Assembly: GCA_030390025.1 (NCBI GenBank)
Contig: CM059432.1
Location: 151,158,001-151,222,000, forward strand
From: Squalus acanthias
Lineage: Eukaryota
Reading direction: 5' to 3'
DNA length: 64,000 nucleotides
The notes under the pieces are model-generated. The model saw only the letters and a program-made list of their open reading frames with translations, had not been told where the DNA came from and made no database searches. Both the position numbers and the translations under genes were made by a program. Positions 1 through 11,227 of the stretch are shown piece after piece (the first letter of the stretch is position 1; each line of letters begins with the position of its first letter).

Positions 1-293
1 GACAGAGCCAGTCAAACTAAGGAACCATGCCAGTTGCAAGTAGTTGTTGATGATCCCTTTAAATATCGCAGCTGGAGGCTCCGTGCTGCTGCTGAACATT
101 TGATCAGCTGGTCGTGATTAGGAGAGGGCGGTAAGTGGAGCGGTGACGTCGATAATGGCAGATCGTGCGTCCAATCGTGCGAAAATGGCGGCCGCCATGG
201 GACCCGCCGGAAGCGGCTGGAAGCGAGTCGGCCGCCATTTCTTCATCAAAATGGGCCTTAACGGCCGGCGCTAACCCCCCGGATTTCTAGGCT
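1..293. mobile_element. Terminal part of a PIF/Harbinger-type non-autonomous element (family B, terminus ATTTCTAGGCY)
   Basis: Ends GGATTTCTAGGCT, the same terminus seen at 10795, 35147, 44474 and 53929. Interior (AAAATGGCGGCC...GCCGCCATT...GGGCCTTAACGGC) resembles 53040-53130. Confidence 0.65.
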
Positions 294-1093
294 GTTGACT
301 TTTCTCTATGTGTTAGAAGCCGTCAGTGACGCGAGGTCTGATGAATAAACCAACATCAGGATTTCATGACTCATCAGGCAAGAAAGGTTCATTCTAAATG
401 TTGTGATCCACCAACGCAGAGCAGATTCCCCAGTGATCAATGGCCATCCATTTTACTCTGTGTGGAAACCTAACCTCAACTGGCCGAGAGCTCAGTTAAC
501 ACGCTTGAGATTTTCTACATAACTGCGAGTAAGGTTGGTGGGTTTGCTGGCAGCAAAATTCTACGTTTTGAAACGATTCCCCCTAAATGTCAGCTTCTGA
601 GGAATTCTCTCATCAGTAAGTGGGTTTGCTGCAACATCCCAATTGTATCATTTCAGTAATCTTCCAGATATTGACGAAGCCAAACAGGTTAACTAATCTA
701 ATCTCTCATCTGTGTTTAATACTATAATGTATTGGTTCGAAAACAGGCAGTCAGCAGCACTTATTCATGATGTCATCCATGAAAACTGTGCATTTGACGA
801 GCTGACTGCCACAGTGAGAAGTGTAATCGGGTTTCTGTATACTGGGAATGTTACTGAATGCCCCGAATTCCTCTTGCTCTTTCATTGCCATTAGTATTTT
901 TCTTATTGTGGATTGGAGCCTCAGATCTTCGTTGCCATTCCTTTAAGACAGCTGTAGGATTAGTTCTAAATGTATAGCAACAGCAGAAATCACATGACTG
1001 CAACTCAATCTGTCCTGCAGAAACCAATTGGAATATCTTGCACTCCAGCAACATGACGATTATATGTAGAAAAAATCAAAGGAAGAAAGAATA

Positions 1094-1657
1094 GAAATAA
1101 AAACAGAAAATGCTGGAGATACTCAACAGGTCAGGCAGCATCTGTGGAGAGAGAAACAGAGTTAACGTTTCAGGTCGATGACCTTTCGTCAGAACTGGAG
1201 AAAAGCAGGAAATGGAACAGATTTTAAGCAAGTGTAGGGGCAGGGAAATGGCGGGGGGGGATGAAAGAACAAAAGGGAAGGTCTGTGATAGGATAGAAGG
1301 CAGGAGAGGTTAAGAGACATTAAGAGATATTCAAGGCAAAAGGAGATGGTAATGGGACAGGTTAAGAAACAAAGGATGGCTCTAGATGAAGTGTAAATTG
1401 CGCTGGCAGAATGAAGAACAGCTGCCATGTGGGAGAGAAGAACAGAACAAAAGTGTGGACAAAAAATATATATGTATGATAGGGGTCGAGGTTATGGTCT
1501 GAAATTGTTGAACTCTATGTTGAGTCCAGAAGGCTGTAAAGTGCCTAATCGAAAGATGAGGTGCTATTCCTCGAGCTTACGCTGAGCTTCACTGGAACAG
1601 TGTAGGAGGCCGAGGACGGAGAGGTCTGAGTGGGAGTGGAGTGGTGAATTAAAGTGA
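1094..1657 (-). mobile_element. Penelope-like retroelement (family 1) 3' end: GIY-YIG C-terminus, 3' UTR and pseudo-LTR
   Basis: Minus-strand translation of about 1490-1657 gives HFNSPLHSHSDLSVLGLLHCSSEAQRKLEE*HLIFRLGTLQPSGLNIEFNNFRP*, a PLE endonuclease C-terminus. A hammerhead motif lies at 1160-1196. Confidence 0.85.
1160..1196 (-). ncRNA. Minimal type I hammerhead ribozyme (PLE pseudo-LTR)
   Basis: Minus strand reads AGUU-CUGACGA-A-AGGUC-AUC-GACCU-GAAAC-GUU-AACU: helix I AGUU/AACU, core CUGANGA and GAAA, 5-bp helix II, palindromic AACGUU in place of helix III. Confidence 0.8.
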
Positions 1658-2393
1658 AGAATTAAAGAAAAAATAGAGCCTGGGCAGCAGGACGGCAGCT
1701 GAAGTGTTTACCCTCAGTCAGGTTCTCCACTGGACTGTACAGCCACGGGTCTCATTAAGAGTTCAGTCAGTTGTTAGCGGGACCATGGCCAGAGTGTCGC
1801 ATGGAGGCAGAAGGTGGACTGTCCCTCTCGCCCCACGTGTTGAGTGCCACCTACTGACCAATCTGGAAGTGCTACTGAGAGTGTTTCCCTCTATAACTCA
1901 AAGAATTATAATATTAATAATATTATTTTAATATTGCTTTTGTTAATTATTAATAATTTTCAAATCTTTTAGGCAGCAGCGTATTAAAAAAATAAAACAT
2001 GATTAAAGCTGTAACTGCTATGCTGCGCTTGCACACTGTGCCTGCCAAGAAACGCAAATTAAATGTTTTGTTTTTGCTTCTAGTTAAAGATTCTCTTATC
2101 CGCACTGAACTTAATTTATTCCTGCCCCCATTTCAGTTTTGGTTTGCTTTGTTTAGAGTAGCGCACCTCCAGCTCTGCAGAACCAGTTTGCACTACAAGG
2201 TCACAGACAGACACAGCAGTGAAGCTAACAGGTTTTCAATTGTACCACACCCTGGCAGTCAAATAGAGAGAGGAATAGGGATTAGAACGTGAGGCTGCAT
2301 TGTTTCAAGAGGGTGTGTTTCATTTAGAAGTGGGAACTCACCATCTCTTTGTATATTTGATATTTGAGAGAAAAGGCACTAACAAAATGCCAA

Positions 2394-3141
2394 GGGGGAA
2401 AAATTCGGTTGCTTTGCGCCTCCGATTAGTAAGAGGGCACTAACGGGGCACAAAGCAACTAGCGCCCGGGCGCGGTGCCGCCAACACCTCCCGCGAAATT
2501 CAGCGGGAGGTTAGCGGCGGCGGTAACCGTTAGCACCCCGCGGCGCTGCGCTGCCGGCGATGACGTCATCATCGTGCGCAGCACCTCGCTCGCGCCCCGG
2601 CCACGATCTTCGGTAGCGCCCCCTGACTTACCGCCGGACGCTATGTCCGACGGGGTCAGGGGGGCCTAGCTGCGGCCGGGGCAGCGCTATTTAAAGGCGA
2701 GGTGCCGGGCGGCCATTTTTGTTGCTGGCCGCCTGCCAGCACCTGCCTCCGCTCCCGTCCCCGGCCTCCTGACCCGGCCCCCCCCCGCAGAGTCCCGGCT
2801 GCGCTCCGTGAGCCCGGCACTTCTCTTGAATGCCGGGCTCTTTTGCCAGCATTCCGATCCCCAGTGGCCCAGCTGGGCCCCGGGTCGCGCTGCGCAAGGC
2901 CCCTCCCCCTTAAGAAGGGGAGGAAGGCCTGCAATACCGTGGCGCGATGTGCCGCAGCGCGTGGCATTCCCTCGCAGCGCCCCAAGAGGGAGGCGGGGTG
3001 CTTCCAGTAGCACCCCGCTTCCCTCTTGGGGCGCTACCACTCAATTTTGGCCGTGGGGGGCGCTAATTTTTCCAGGGGCGCTAAAAGTAGCACCCTGGCA
3101 AAGTTAGCGCCCCAAAGGGGGCACAACTCAATTTTCCCCCC
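2394..3141. mobile_element. PIF/Harbinger-type MITE (family A variant)
   Basis: Termini GGGGGAAAAATT ... AATTTTCCCCCC. 3-bp TSD CAA (2391-2393 / 3142-3144). Subterminal TTAGCGC/GCGCTAA motifs. Left end similar to 42415-42510. Confidence 0.8.
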
Positions 3142-3904
3142 CAAGAGACTTAATGCCGCTGACTCTCTGTGTAAAGAGCAGCATGGGTTAATTAGTATAG
3201 GGAGCTACAGTCAGAGAGAATGCACATCATGCATGCTGACAGGGATACTGAGGACAATTTTCAAGCTAAAGATATTTCAGCGCAAAACAGACAGCTTGAG
3301 CAAGATAAGGTCTGAGAGCAGAACCAAATGCAGCTGGTGTAGATGGTATTAAGTGTATTCCAGTAAAATGGGTTCATACACTAGATGAAACATATATCAC
3401 ATGACTTTCGGAGTGTCTAAGTTACAATGGTTATGTGGGGAGCTAACATGGAACAGACAAGTCTAAGTATAGTGGAAAGGTACTGGCAGAAGCTCAAGCA
3501 GAGCATTGAACGAAAGACAACAGGCAGCAACCTTGAGAAGAGAATGAGATAAGGAGGTAGAAAAAGACATGTGTTGTGTCCGTTTTTGGGCATAGAAACA
3601 TCGGAAAAGGAATAGGTCATTCAGCTCTTTGAGACTGTTCCATAATTCAATTCAATCACGGCTGGTCTGTATGTCAACTCCATTCAGCTCGATCCCCGCG
3701 TTCGTTTTCGGGGGCAAACCAATTTCCAGGCCGAAGCGATTTAGGTGTCCGTGTACACAAATCACTAAAAGTTAGCACAAAAAGAAATCAAAATAGCTGA
3801 TTGTCTGTTGGCCTTTAACTCAAATTGGCTGGTTCAGAGTCTTGGTCAGACCCCATCTAGGTTTTTATATAAAGTTATTATAAATATATTAAGGAAAAGA
3901 GAGT

Positions 3905-4414
3905 GCATTCAGTTTTCGGTAGCATACCTCAGGAAGGATATATTAATCTTGGAGGGGGTACAACGCAGATTCACCAGAATTATACCAGGGCATAAAGGAT
4001 TAAATTACGAGGACTGGTTGCATAAACTTGCTTTGCATTCCCTTGAGTTTAGAAGGGTGAGGGGTGATCTAATTGAGATCTTTAAAATGATAAAGGGATT
4101 CGATAGGATAGATACAGAGAAACTATTTCTTCTGGTGGGTGAATCCAGAACGAGGGGGCACATTCTGAAAATTAGAGCCGGGCCATTCAGGAGTGAAATC
4201 AGGAAATGGAAATCTGGGATTCTCTTCCCCAAAAGACTGTGGATGTTGGGACAATTGGCGCTTTCAAGCCTGAGGTCGATAGATTTTTGTTCGGTCAGTG
4301 TATCAAGGGATATGGAGCAAAGGCAGGTAAATGGAGTTAAGATACAGATCAGCCCTGATCTCACTGAATGGCGGAACAGGCTCGAGGGGCTGAATGGCCT
4401 CCTCCTGTTCCTGT
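3905..4414 (+). mobile_element. CR1 LINE 3' fragment
   Basis: ORF2 C-terminus LEGVQRRFTRIIPG...LEFRRVRGDLIEIFK...SRTRGH followed by a CR1 3' UTR. Confidence 0.9.
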
Positions 4415-4760
4415 GATCTTCAACCAGTGAGTGACTGCTTCAGCCAATCCCAGGAGCAGATCCACCAAGATGTGTTTCAAACTGCTCGCTCATTCAGCGA
4501 GAGCTGCACAAATCGAAACTGACGCAAACAAGTTTAAAAACCAATGTGAGAAAGAGACAGAATGATGCAGATTTAAGATCAGCAGGAAAGAGAGACCCTC
4601 AGAGGCTGAGGGGCAGCAGACTGTGCTGTCTAGCCGTTGAACTAACCGAAAAATATATTTCAACACTATGACCATAGGTGAGCATACAAATGGTTTAGAC
4701 CTTAACTTTTGGGAATAATTTTGTTTAATCTAATTTGATACCGAATGTCAAAGAAAAAAA

Positions 4761-5225
4761 AGAAAGACTTGCATTTATATAGCGCCTCTCACGACCACCG
4801 GACGTCTCAAAGTGCTTTACAGCCAATGAAGTACTTTTTCAAGTGTAGTCACTGTTGTAATGTGGGAAACGCAGCAGCCAATTTGCGCTCAGCAAGCTCC
4901 CACAAACAGCAATGTGATAATGACCAGATAATCTGTTTTTGTTATGTTGGTTGAGGGATAAATATTGGCCCAGGACACCGGGGATAACTCCCCTGCTCTT
5001 CTTCGAAATAGTGCCATGGGATCTTTTACGTCCGCCTGAGAGAGTAGACGGGGCCTCGGTTTAACGTCTCATCCGAAAGACGGCACCTCTGACAATGCAG
5101 CACTCCCTCAGCACTGCACTGGAGTGTCAGCCTAGATTTATGTGATCAAGTCCCTGGAGTGGGACTTGAACCCACAACCTTCTGACTCAGAGGCGAGTGT
5201 GCTGCCCACTGAGCCACGGCTGACA
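4761..5225 (-). mobile_element. tRNA-derived Deu-domain SINE (SacSINE1/AmnSINE1-like), near full length
   Basis: Minus-strand Pol III A box TGGCTCAGTGG and B box GGTTCAAGTCCC (5161-5172). Deu-domain core GATGAGACGTTAAACCGAGGCCC...AAAAGATCCCATGGCACTATTTCGAAGAAGAGCAGGGGAG. L2-like tail GGCGCTATATAAATGCAAGT. Confidence 0.85.
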
Positions 5226-5461
5226 AAGAAGGAGATGATATCAGTAGTTTTAAATTTTGAATTCGCACCAAATCACCATAAGTGGAACAAAGAATTTTGG
5301 ACTGAACCTCTGACACCAACACGAACTGATAAAGCACTCACAGCTTTTTCTCTCATCGCCCCAACAGACAGGGGGAATTATGAAACTGCAAACCATGCCA
5401 GCCATGAGAATCCATGGCCCAGCGGCCCTGGCACTTAAACTGGGATTGTGCCCCCTGAGAT

Positions 5462-6002
5462 TGTCTCCTTACCTAAGTAAGGATATACTTGCCATAGAGG
5501 GAGTGCAGCGAAGGTTCACCAGACTGATTTCTGGGATGGCAAGACTATCGTATGAGGAGAGATTGGGTCGACTAGGCCTGTATTCACTAGAGTTTAGAAG
5601 AATGAGAGGGGATCTCATTGAAACGTATAAAATTCTGACAGGGCTAGACAGACTGGATGCAGGTAGGATGTTTCCCCTGGCTGGGGGGGTCTAGAACGAG
5701 GGGTCACAGTCTCAGGATACGGGGTAGGACATTTAGGACTGAGATGAGGAGAAATTTCTTCACTCAGAGGGTGGTGAACCTGTGGAATTCTCTACCACAG
5801 AAGGCTGTGGAGGCCAAGTCACTGAATATATTTAAGAAGGAGATAGATAGATTTCTAGACACAAAAAGGCATCAAGGGGTATGGGGAGAGAGCGGGAATA
5901 TGGTATTGAGATAGAGGATCAGCTATGATCATATTGAATGGCGGAGCAGGCTCGAAGGGCCGAATGGCCTACTCCTCCTATTTTTCTATGTTTCTATGTT
6001 TC
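5462..6002 (+). mobile_element. CR1 LINE 3' fragment
   Basis: ORF2 C-terminus with a frameshift and a (TTTCTATG)n tail. Near-identical to 26934-27480. Confidence 0.9.
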
Positions 6003-6129
6003 TTCTAAACACTGCTGCTGACCCCAGCATGCTTTCCAGGGTCGGGGGAGAGGTTCCCTAATTAGACTGCCATTGGTAGGTTGTCCATGCCACTAGAGGC
6101 ACTCATCATTGTGGCAAGGCCAAAACATT

Positions 6130-6660
6130 TAAAGAATTTAAATTTAAGTAAGGCAAACTTCAAAGGGATGAGAAATAAATTGATCACAGTAAACTGGGCT
6201 GAGCTGTTAATGAGTAAGGAACTCAAGGAAAAACTGAAATCCAGCAGATTGGGAGAGCTATCAAAAGGAACATTGGGATTCAAAGAAAGTAAAAAAAATC
6301 TTTCAACAAAGTGCAAAACGGGAGTTTGAAAAAAACGGCAAGGGATATCAAAGCTAACAGTAATCGTTTTTAGAAATACATTAAGGGACAGAAGAGAGTG
6401 GTAAGAGGGAATGTGGTCCCATTAAAGACAGATGCAGATAATGATGGATAATAAAGAAATGGCAAGCTTGTTAAATTAGTACTTTGTATCGGTTTTCACA
6501 ATAGAGGAAGAGGACAAAATACCAGTGATACAAGGGAACCTAAAAATAAGTCAAGGGGAGGAATTTAGTAGATTTAATATAAGTAACAAAATGGTAATGG
6601 AGAAAATAATGGGACTTAAGGTTGACAAATCTCCAGAATCTAATGGTTTCTACCCAAACT
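6130..6660 (+). mobile_element. Degenerate CR1 ORF2 internal fragment
   Basis: LNLSKANFKGMR...VNW, YFVSVFT and KVDKSP-like motifs, broken by stops and frameshifts. Confidence 0.65.
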
Positions 6661-6751
6661 TGTTAAAAGAAACAGGTTCTTAAATTTGTTTTTAACAAGT
6701 ACAAATATAGATTGACATGTCATGTTGTGTAAATTTCCTTTATCTACTTGC

Positions 6752-7004
6752 AGAAAGGGAGAGCGATCGGGAGGGAAGTGATGAAGAAAGGGAGAGCGAT
6801 CGGGAGGGAAGTGATGAAGAAAAGGGAGAGCGATCGGGAGGGAAGCGATGAAGAAAGGGAGAGCGATCGGGAGGGAAGCGATGAAGAAAGGGAGAGCGAT
6901 CGGGAGGGAAGCGATGAAGAAAGGGAGAGCGATCGGGAGGGAAGTGATGAAGAAAAGGGAGAGCGATCGGGAGGGAAGTGATGAAGAAAAGGGAGAGCGA
7001 TCGG
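6752..7004 (+). repeat. 33-34-bp purine-rich minisatellite (about 7.5 copies)
   Basis: Unit AAGAAAGGGAGAGCGATCGGGAGGGAAGYGATG. Confidence 0.95.
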
Positions 7005-7057
7005 GTGACCGGGATGGGGTCGATCGGGCAACTCCGATGGGGGGGGGGGCGGTGCAT

Positions 7058-8005
7058 AGCAACATAGGAACAGGAGGAGGCCATTTAGCCCCTCAAGCCT
7101 GTTCCGCCATTCAATGAGATCATGGCTGATCTGAGACCTAACTCCATATACCCGCCTTTGCCCCATATCCCTTAATACCTTTGGTTGACAAAAATCTATC
7201 AATCTCAGATTTAAAATTAACAATTGATCTAGCATCAATTGCCATTTGCGGAAGAGAGTTCCAAACTCCTAACACCCTTTGCGTGTAGAAGTGTTTCCTA
7301 ACTTCACTTGTATTCGCTAGAGTTTAGAAGAATGAGAGGGGATCTCATTGAAACTTATAAAATTCTAACAGGACTAGACAGACTAGATGTAGAAAGGATG
7401 TTCCCGATGGCGGGGGAGTCCAGAACCAGGGGTCACAGTCTAAGGATAAGGGGTAAGCCATTTAGGACTGAGATGAGGAGGAATTTCTTCACCCAGAGAG
7501 TGGTGAACCTGTGGAATTCTCTACCACAGAAGGCAGTTGAGGCCAATTCATTAAATATATTCAAGAAGGAGTTAGATATATTTCTTAAGGCTAAAGGGAT
7601 CAAGGGATATGGGGAGAAAGCAGGGACAGGGTACTGAAGTTGGATGATCAGCCATGATCTCATTGAATGGCGGAGCAGGCTCGAGGGGCCGAATGGCCTA
7701 ATCCTGCTCCTATCTTCTATGTTTCTATGTTTCACTCCTGAAAGGCCTGGCTTTAATTTTTATGCCCTCTAGTCTCAGAGTCTCCAACCAGCGGATATAG
7801 TTTCTCTCTATCTGTTCCCCTTAAAATCTTGAAAACTTCAATCAAATCACCCCTTAACCTTCTAAATTCCAGGGACTACAACCCTATTTTGTGTAATCTC
7901 TCCTCATAATTTAACCCTTGGAGTCCAGGTATCATTCTGGTAAACCTGTGCTGCACTCCCTCCAAGGCCAATATATCCTTCCTAAGGTGCGGTGCCCAGA
8001 ACTGA
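7058..8005 (-). mobile_element. CR1 3' fragment (minus) interrupted by a nested plus-strand CR1 3' end at about 7308-7733
   Basis: The minus-strand CR1 stops after ...AACTTCACT and resumes at TTCACTCCTGAAAGG, duplicating TTCACT. The insert encodes YSLEFRRMRGDLIETYK...GIKGYGEKAG and has a TTCTATGT tail. Confidence 0.85.
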
Positions 8006-8740
8006 TCAGGTGACCAGGATGGGGGTCGATCGGGTGACCAGGATGGGGGTCGATCGGGTGACCAGGATGGGGGTCGATTGGGTGACCAGGATGGGGGCGA
8101 ACAGGTGACCAGGATGGGGGTCGATTGGGTGACCAGGATGGGGGTCGATTGGGTGACCAGGATGGGGGTCGATCGGGTGACCAGGATGGGGGCGAACAGG
8201 TGACCAGGATGGGGTCGATCGGGTGACCAGGATGGGGGCGAACAGGTGACCAGGATGGGGGTGAACAGGTGACCAAGATGGGGGCGAACATGTGACCAGG
8301 ATGGGGGCGAACAGGTGACCAGGATGGGGGCGAACAGGTGACCAGGATGGGGGTCGATCGGGTGACCAGGATGGGGGCGAACAGGTGACCAGGATGGGGG
8401 CGAACGGGTGACCAGGATGGGGGCAAACGGGTGACCAGGATGGGGGCGAACAGGTGACCAGGATGGGGGTCGATCGGGTGACCAGGATGGGGGCGAACGG
8501 GTGACCAGGATGGGGGCGAACAGGTGACCAGGATGGGGGTTGATCGGGTGACCAGGATGGGGGCGAACAGGTGACCAGGATGGGGGAATAATCTGGTGAC
8601 CAGGATGGGGGCGAACAGGTGACCAGGATGGTGTCGATCTGGGGACCAGGATGGGGGGACAATCTGGTGACTGGGATGGGGGACGATCGGGCAACCGGGA
8701 TGAGGGTGGGGTAAACGACGACCGGGATGGCGGACGATCC
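8004..8740 (+). repeat. 23-24-bp G-rich minisatellite
   Basis: Interspersed units GGTGACCAGGATGGGGGCGAACA and GGTGACCAGGATGGGGGTCGATCG. Confidence 0.95.
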
Positions 8741-9200
8741 AGGAATGAGGGACTTTAGTTACGTTGATAGAGTGGAGAAGCTGGGGTTGTTCTCCTTGGA
8801 GCAGAGAAGATTGAGAGGAGATTTGATGGAGGTGTTCAAAATCATGAGGGGTCTGGACAGAGTAGATAGAGGGAAACTGTTCCCATTGGCAGAAGGGTCG
8901 AGAACCAGAGGACACAGATTTAAGGTGATTGGCAAAAGAACCAAAGGCGACATGAGGAAAAACTTTTTTTACTCAGCAAGTGGTTAGGATCTGGCGTGCA
9001 ATGCCTGAAAGGGTGGTGGAGGCAGACTCAATCACGGTTTGCAAAAGGGAGTCGGAGAAGTATCTGAAGGAAAGAAATTTGCAGGGCTATGGGGAAAGGG
9101 CAGGGGAGTGGGACTAGCTGAGGTGCTCTTGCAGAGAGCCGGCACGGGCTCGACGGGCTGAATGGCCGCCTTCTGTGCTGTAACCATTCTATGATTCTAT
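8737..9200 (+). mobile_element. CR1 LINE 3' fragment inserted between minisatellite arrays
   Basis: PGMRDFSYVDRVEKLGLFSLEQRRLRGDL...RTRGHRFKV with an ATTCTATG tail. Same subfamily as 57326-57795. Confidence 0.9.
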
Positions 9201-10425
9201 GATCAGACGACCGGGATGGGGGACGAATGGGCGACCGGGATGGGGGATGATCAGGTTACCAGGATGGGGGATGATCAGGTTACCAGGATGGGGGATGATT
9301 GGAAGAATGGAATGGGGGATGATCAGGTGACTGGGATGGGGGACGATCAGGTGACTGGGATGGGGACGATCAGGTGACTGGGATGGGGGACGATCAGGTG
9401 ACCAGGATGGCGGACGATCAGGTGACTGGGATGGGGGACGATCAGGTGACCGGGATGGGGGACGATCAGGTGACCGGGATGGGGGACGATCAGGTGACTG
9501 GGATGGGGGATGATCAGGTGACTGGGATGGGGGATGATCAGGCGACCAGGATGGGGGATGATCAGGTGACTGGGATGGGGGATGATCAGGTGACCGGGAT
9601 GGGGGACGATCAGGTGACTGGGATGGGGGATGATTGGGAGAACGGGATGGGGGACGATCAGGTGACTGGGATGGGGGACGATCAGGTGACTGGGATGGGG
9701 GATGATCAGGCGACCAGGATGGGGTATGATCAGGTGACCGGGAATGGGGGACGATCAGGTGACTGCGATGGGGGATGATCAGGTGACCGGGATGGGGGAT
9801 GATCAGGTGACCAGGATGGGGGATGATCAGGTGACCGGGATGGGGGACGATCAAGTGACTGGGATGGGGGATGATTGGGAGAACGGGATGGGGGACGATC
9901 AGGTGACTGGGATGGGGGTTGATCAGGCGACCAGGATGGGGGACGATCAGGTGACCGGGATGGGGGACGATCAGGTGACCAGGATGGGGGATGATCAGGT
10001 GACTGGGATGGGGGATGATCAGGCGACCAGGATGGGGGATGATCAGGTGACCGGGATGGGGGACGATCAGGTGACCAGGATGGGGGATGATCGGGTGACC
10101 AGGATGGGGGATGATCAGGTGACCGGGATGGGGGACGATCAGGTGACCAGGATGGGGGATGATCAGGTGACCGGGATGGGGGACGATCAGGTGACCAGGA
10201 TGGGGGATGATCAGGTGACTGCCATGGGGGATGATCGGGTGACTGGGATGGGGGATGATCAGGTGACTGGGATGGGGGATGATCAGGTGACCGGGATGGG
10301 GGATGATCAGGTGACTGGGAATGGGGGATGATCAGGCGACGGGGATGGGGGACGATCAGGTGACTGGAATGCGGAATGATTGGGAGAACGGGATGGGGGT
10401 GATTGGGACATTGGGGTGGGATCAA
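9199..10425 (+). repeat. 24-bp G-rich minisatellite (about 50 copies)
   Basis: Unit GATCAGGTGACYRGGATGGGGGAY. It produces the spurious (GMGDDQVT)n ORFs. Confidence 0.95.
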
Positions 10426-10795
10426 GTCGGCAGTCTGGAGGTAGGGGCGAGGGTCAGCAGGCACTGTTATAAGTTTAGCTTCTTGGTTAGCGGCCTGCAG
10501 TGGTCCCTTTGAGGAGCGCCGGTTCGGCCACCTGTGGACCTGGCTTTCCTGAATGCAGCTGGCCTGGTGTTGGCTGGTGTCATGGCAACCCAATTTTGCA
10601 CAGGGGGCCTCAAACTGGTGTTATGCCCTTATTTGCATATGCAAAGGACCTAATGCCTGTTTCAGGCATGGACCCTGGTCACCTCCTCTTTTGTCTTTAA
10701 CAGTGTCGGGAAGTACTTCCTGCGCCTCACAGTGGAGACTTAGGCACCCATTTAGCACCTGAAAAATAGAAGCAGGAGCACTCCATTTCTAGGCC
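10425..10795. mobile_element. Terminal part of a Harbinger-type non-autonomous element ending in ATTTCTAGGCC
   Basis: Terminus shared with family B. Subterminal TTAGGCACC/TTAGCACC motifs. Palindrome TTTGCATATGCAAA at about 10632. Confidence 0.5.
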
Positions 10796-11227
10796 ATTGA
10801 CTGCTGCTAACATGTAGACTGCAGCAAAAACAGAGGCGGCCACAATTGTGCAAAAAGTTAATTGCAGCAGTAAAACAATTCCCAATCCATCAAAAGCACA
10901 AGAAAAATTGTCAATTTGTAGGAAAATTCAATCACTGGTTAATTGCTCTGCTAAAGGAGGGCGAACTCAAATCCCAGATTTAATGGGCGAGGATTGCACT
11001 GCAGGAAAACCCCTGCCCAACATCGAGTCATTCAGTTGGGGCCCCTCACTTGAATAATTTATGTTTGGTAAGACGAGTTTTGTACGGCCCCAACAAGACC
11101 GAGTTTATACAATGACAATCATCCAACGGAGAATTGGGTGCAGAGCAAAGGCGATGCCTGAGATCGGAGGCTCAATCTCCCGGAACGCTCCACAGCGAGA
11201 GGGAGCCTTTGGAAAATTAAGCCTTAG

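Noticed and set aside
851..1054. Minus-strand ORF as a terminal exon (TNPTAVLKEWQRR...)
   Set aside because: No recognisable homology and only a modest acceptor. Cannot be supported from sequence alone.
5160..5225. tRNA gene
   Set aside because: The A/B boxes belong to the head of a Deu-domain SINE, and no complete cloverleaf is evident.
5462..6002. Possible segmental duplication with 26934-27480 (also 8737-9200 vs 57326-57795)
   Set aside because: Similarity is confined to CR1 3' ends with different flanks, so these are independent insertions of young subfamilies.
9374..10331. Long (GMGDDQVT)n and (SPDHPPS)n ORFs suggesting a repetitive structural protein
   Set aside because: Artefact of a 24-bp minisatellite: frameshifting unit variants, CR1 interruptions, and no signal peptide or exon context.
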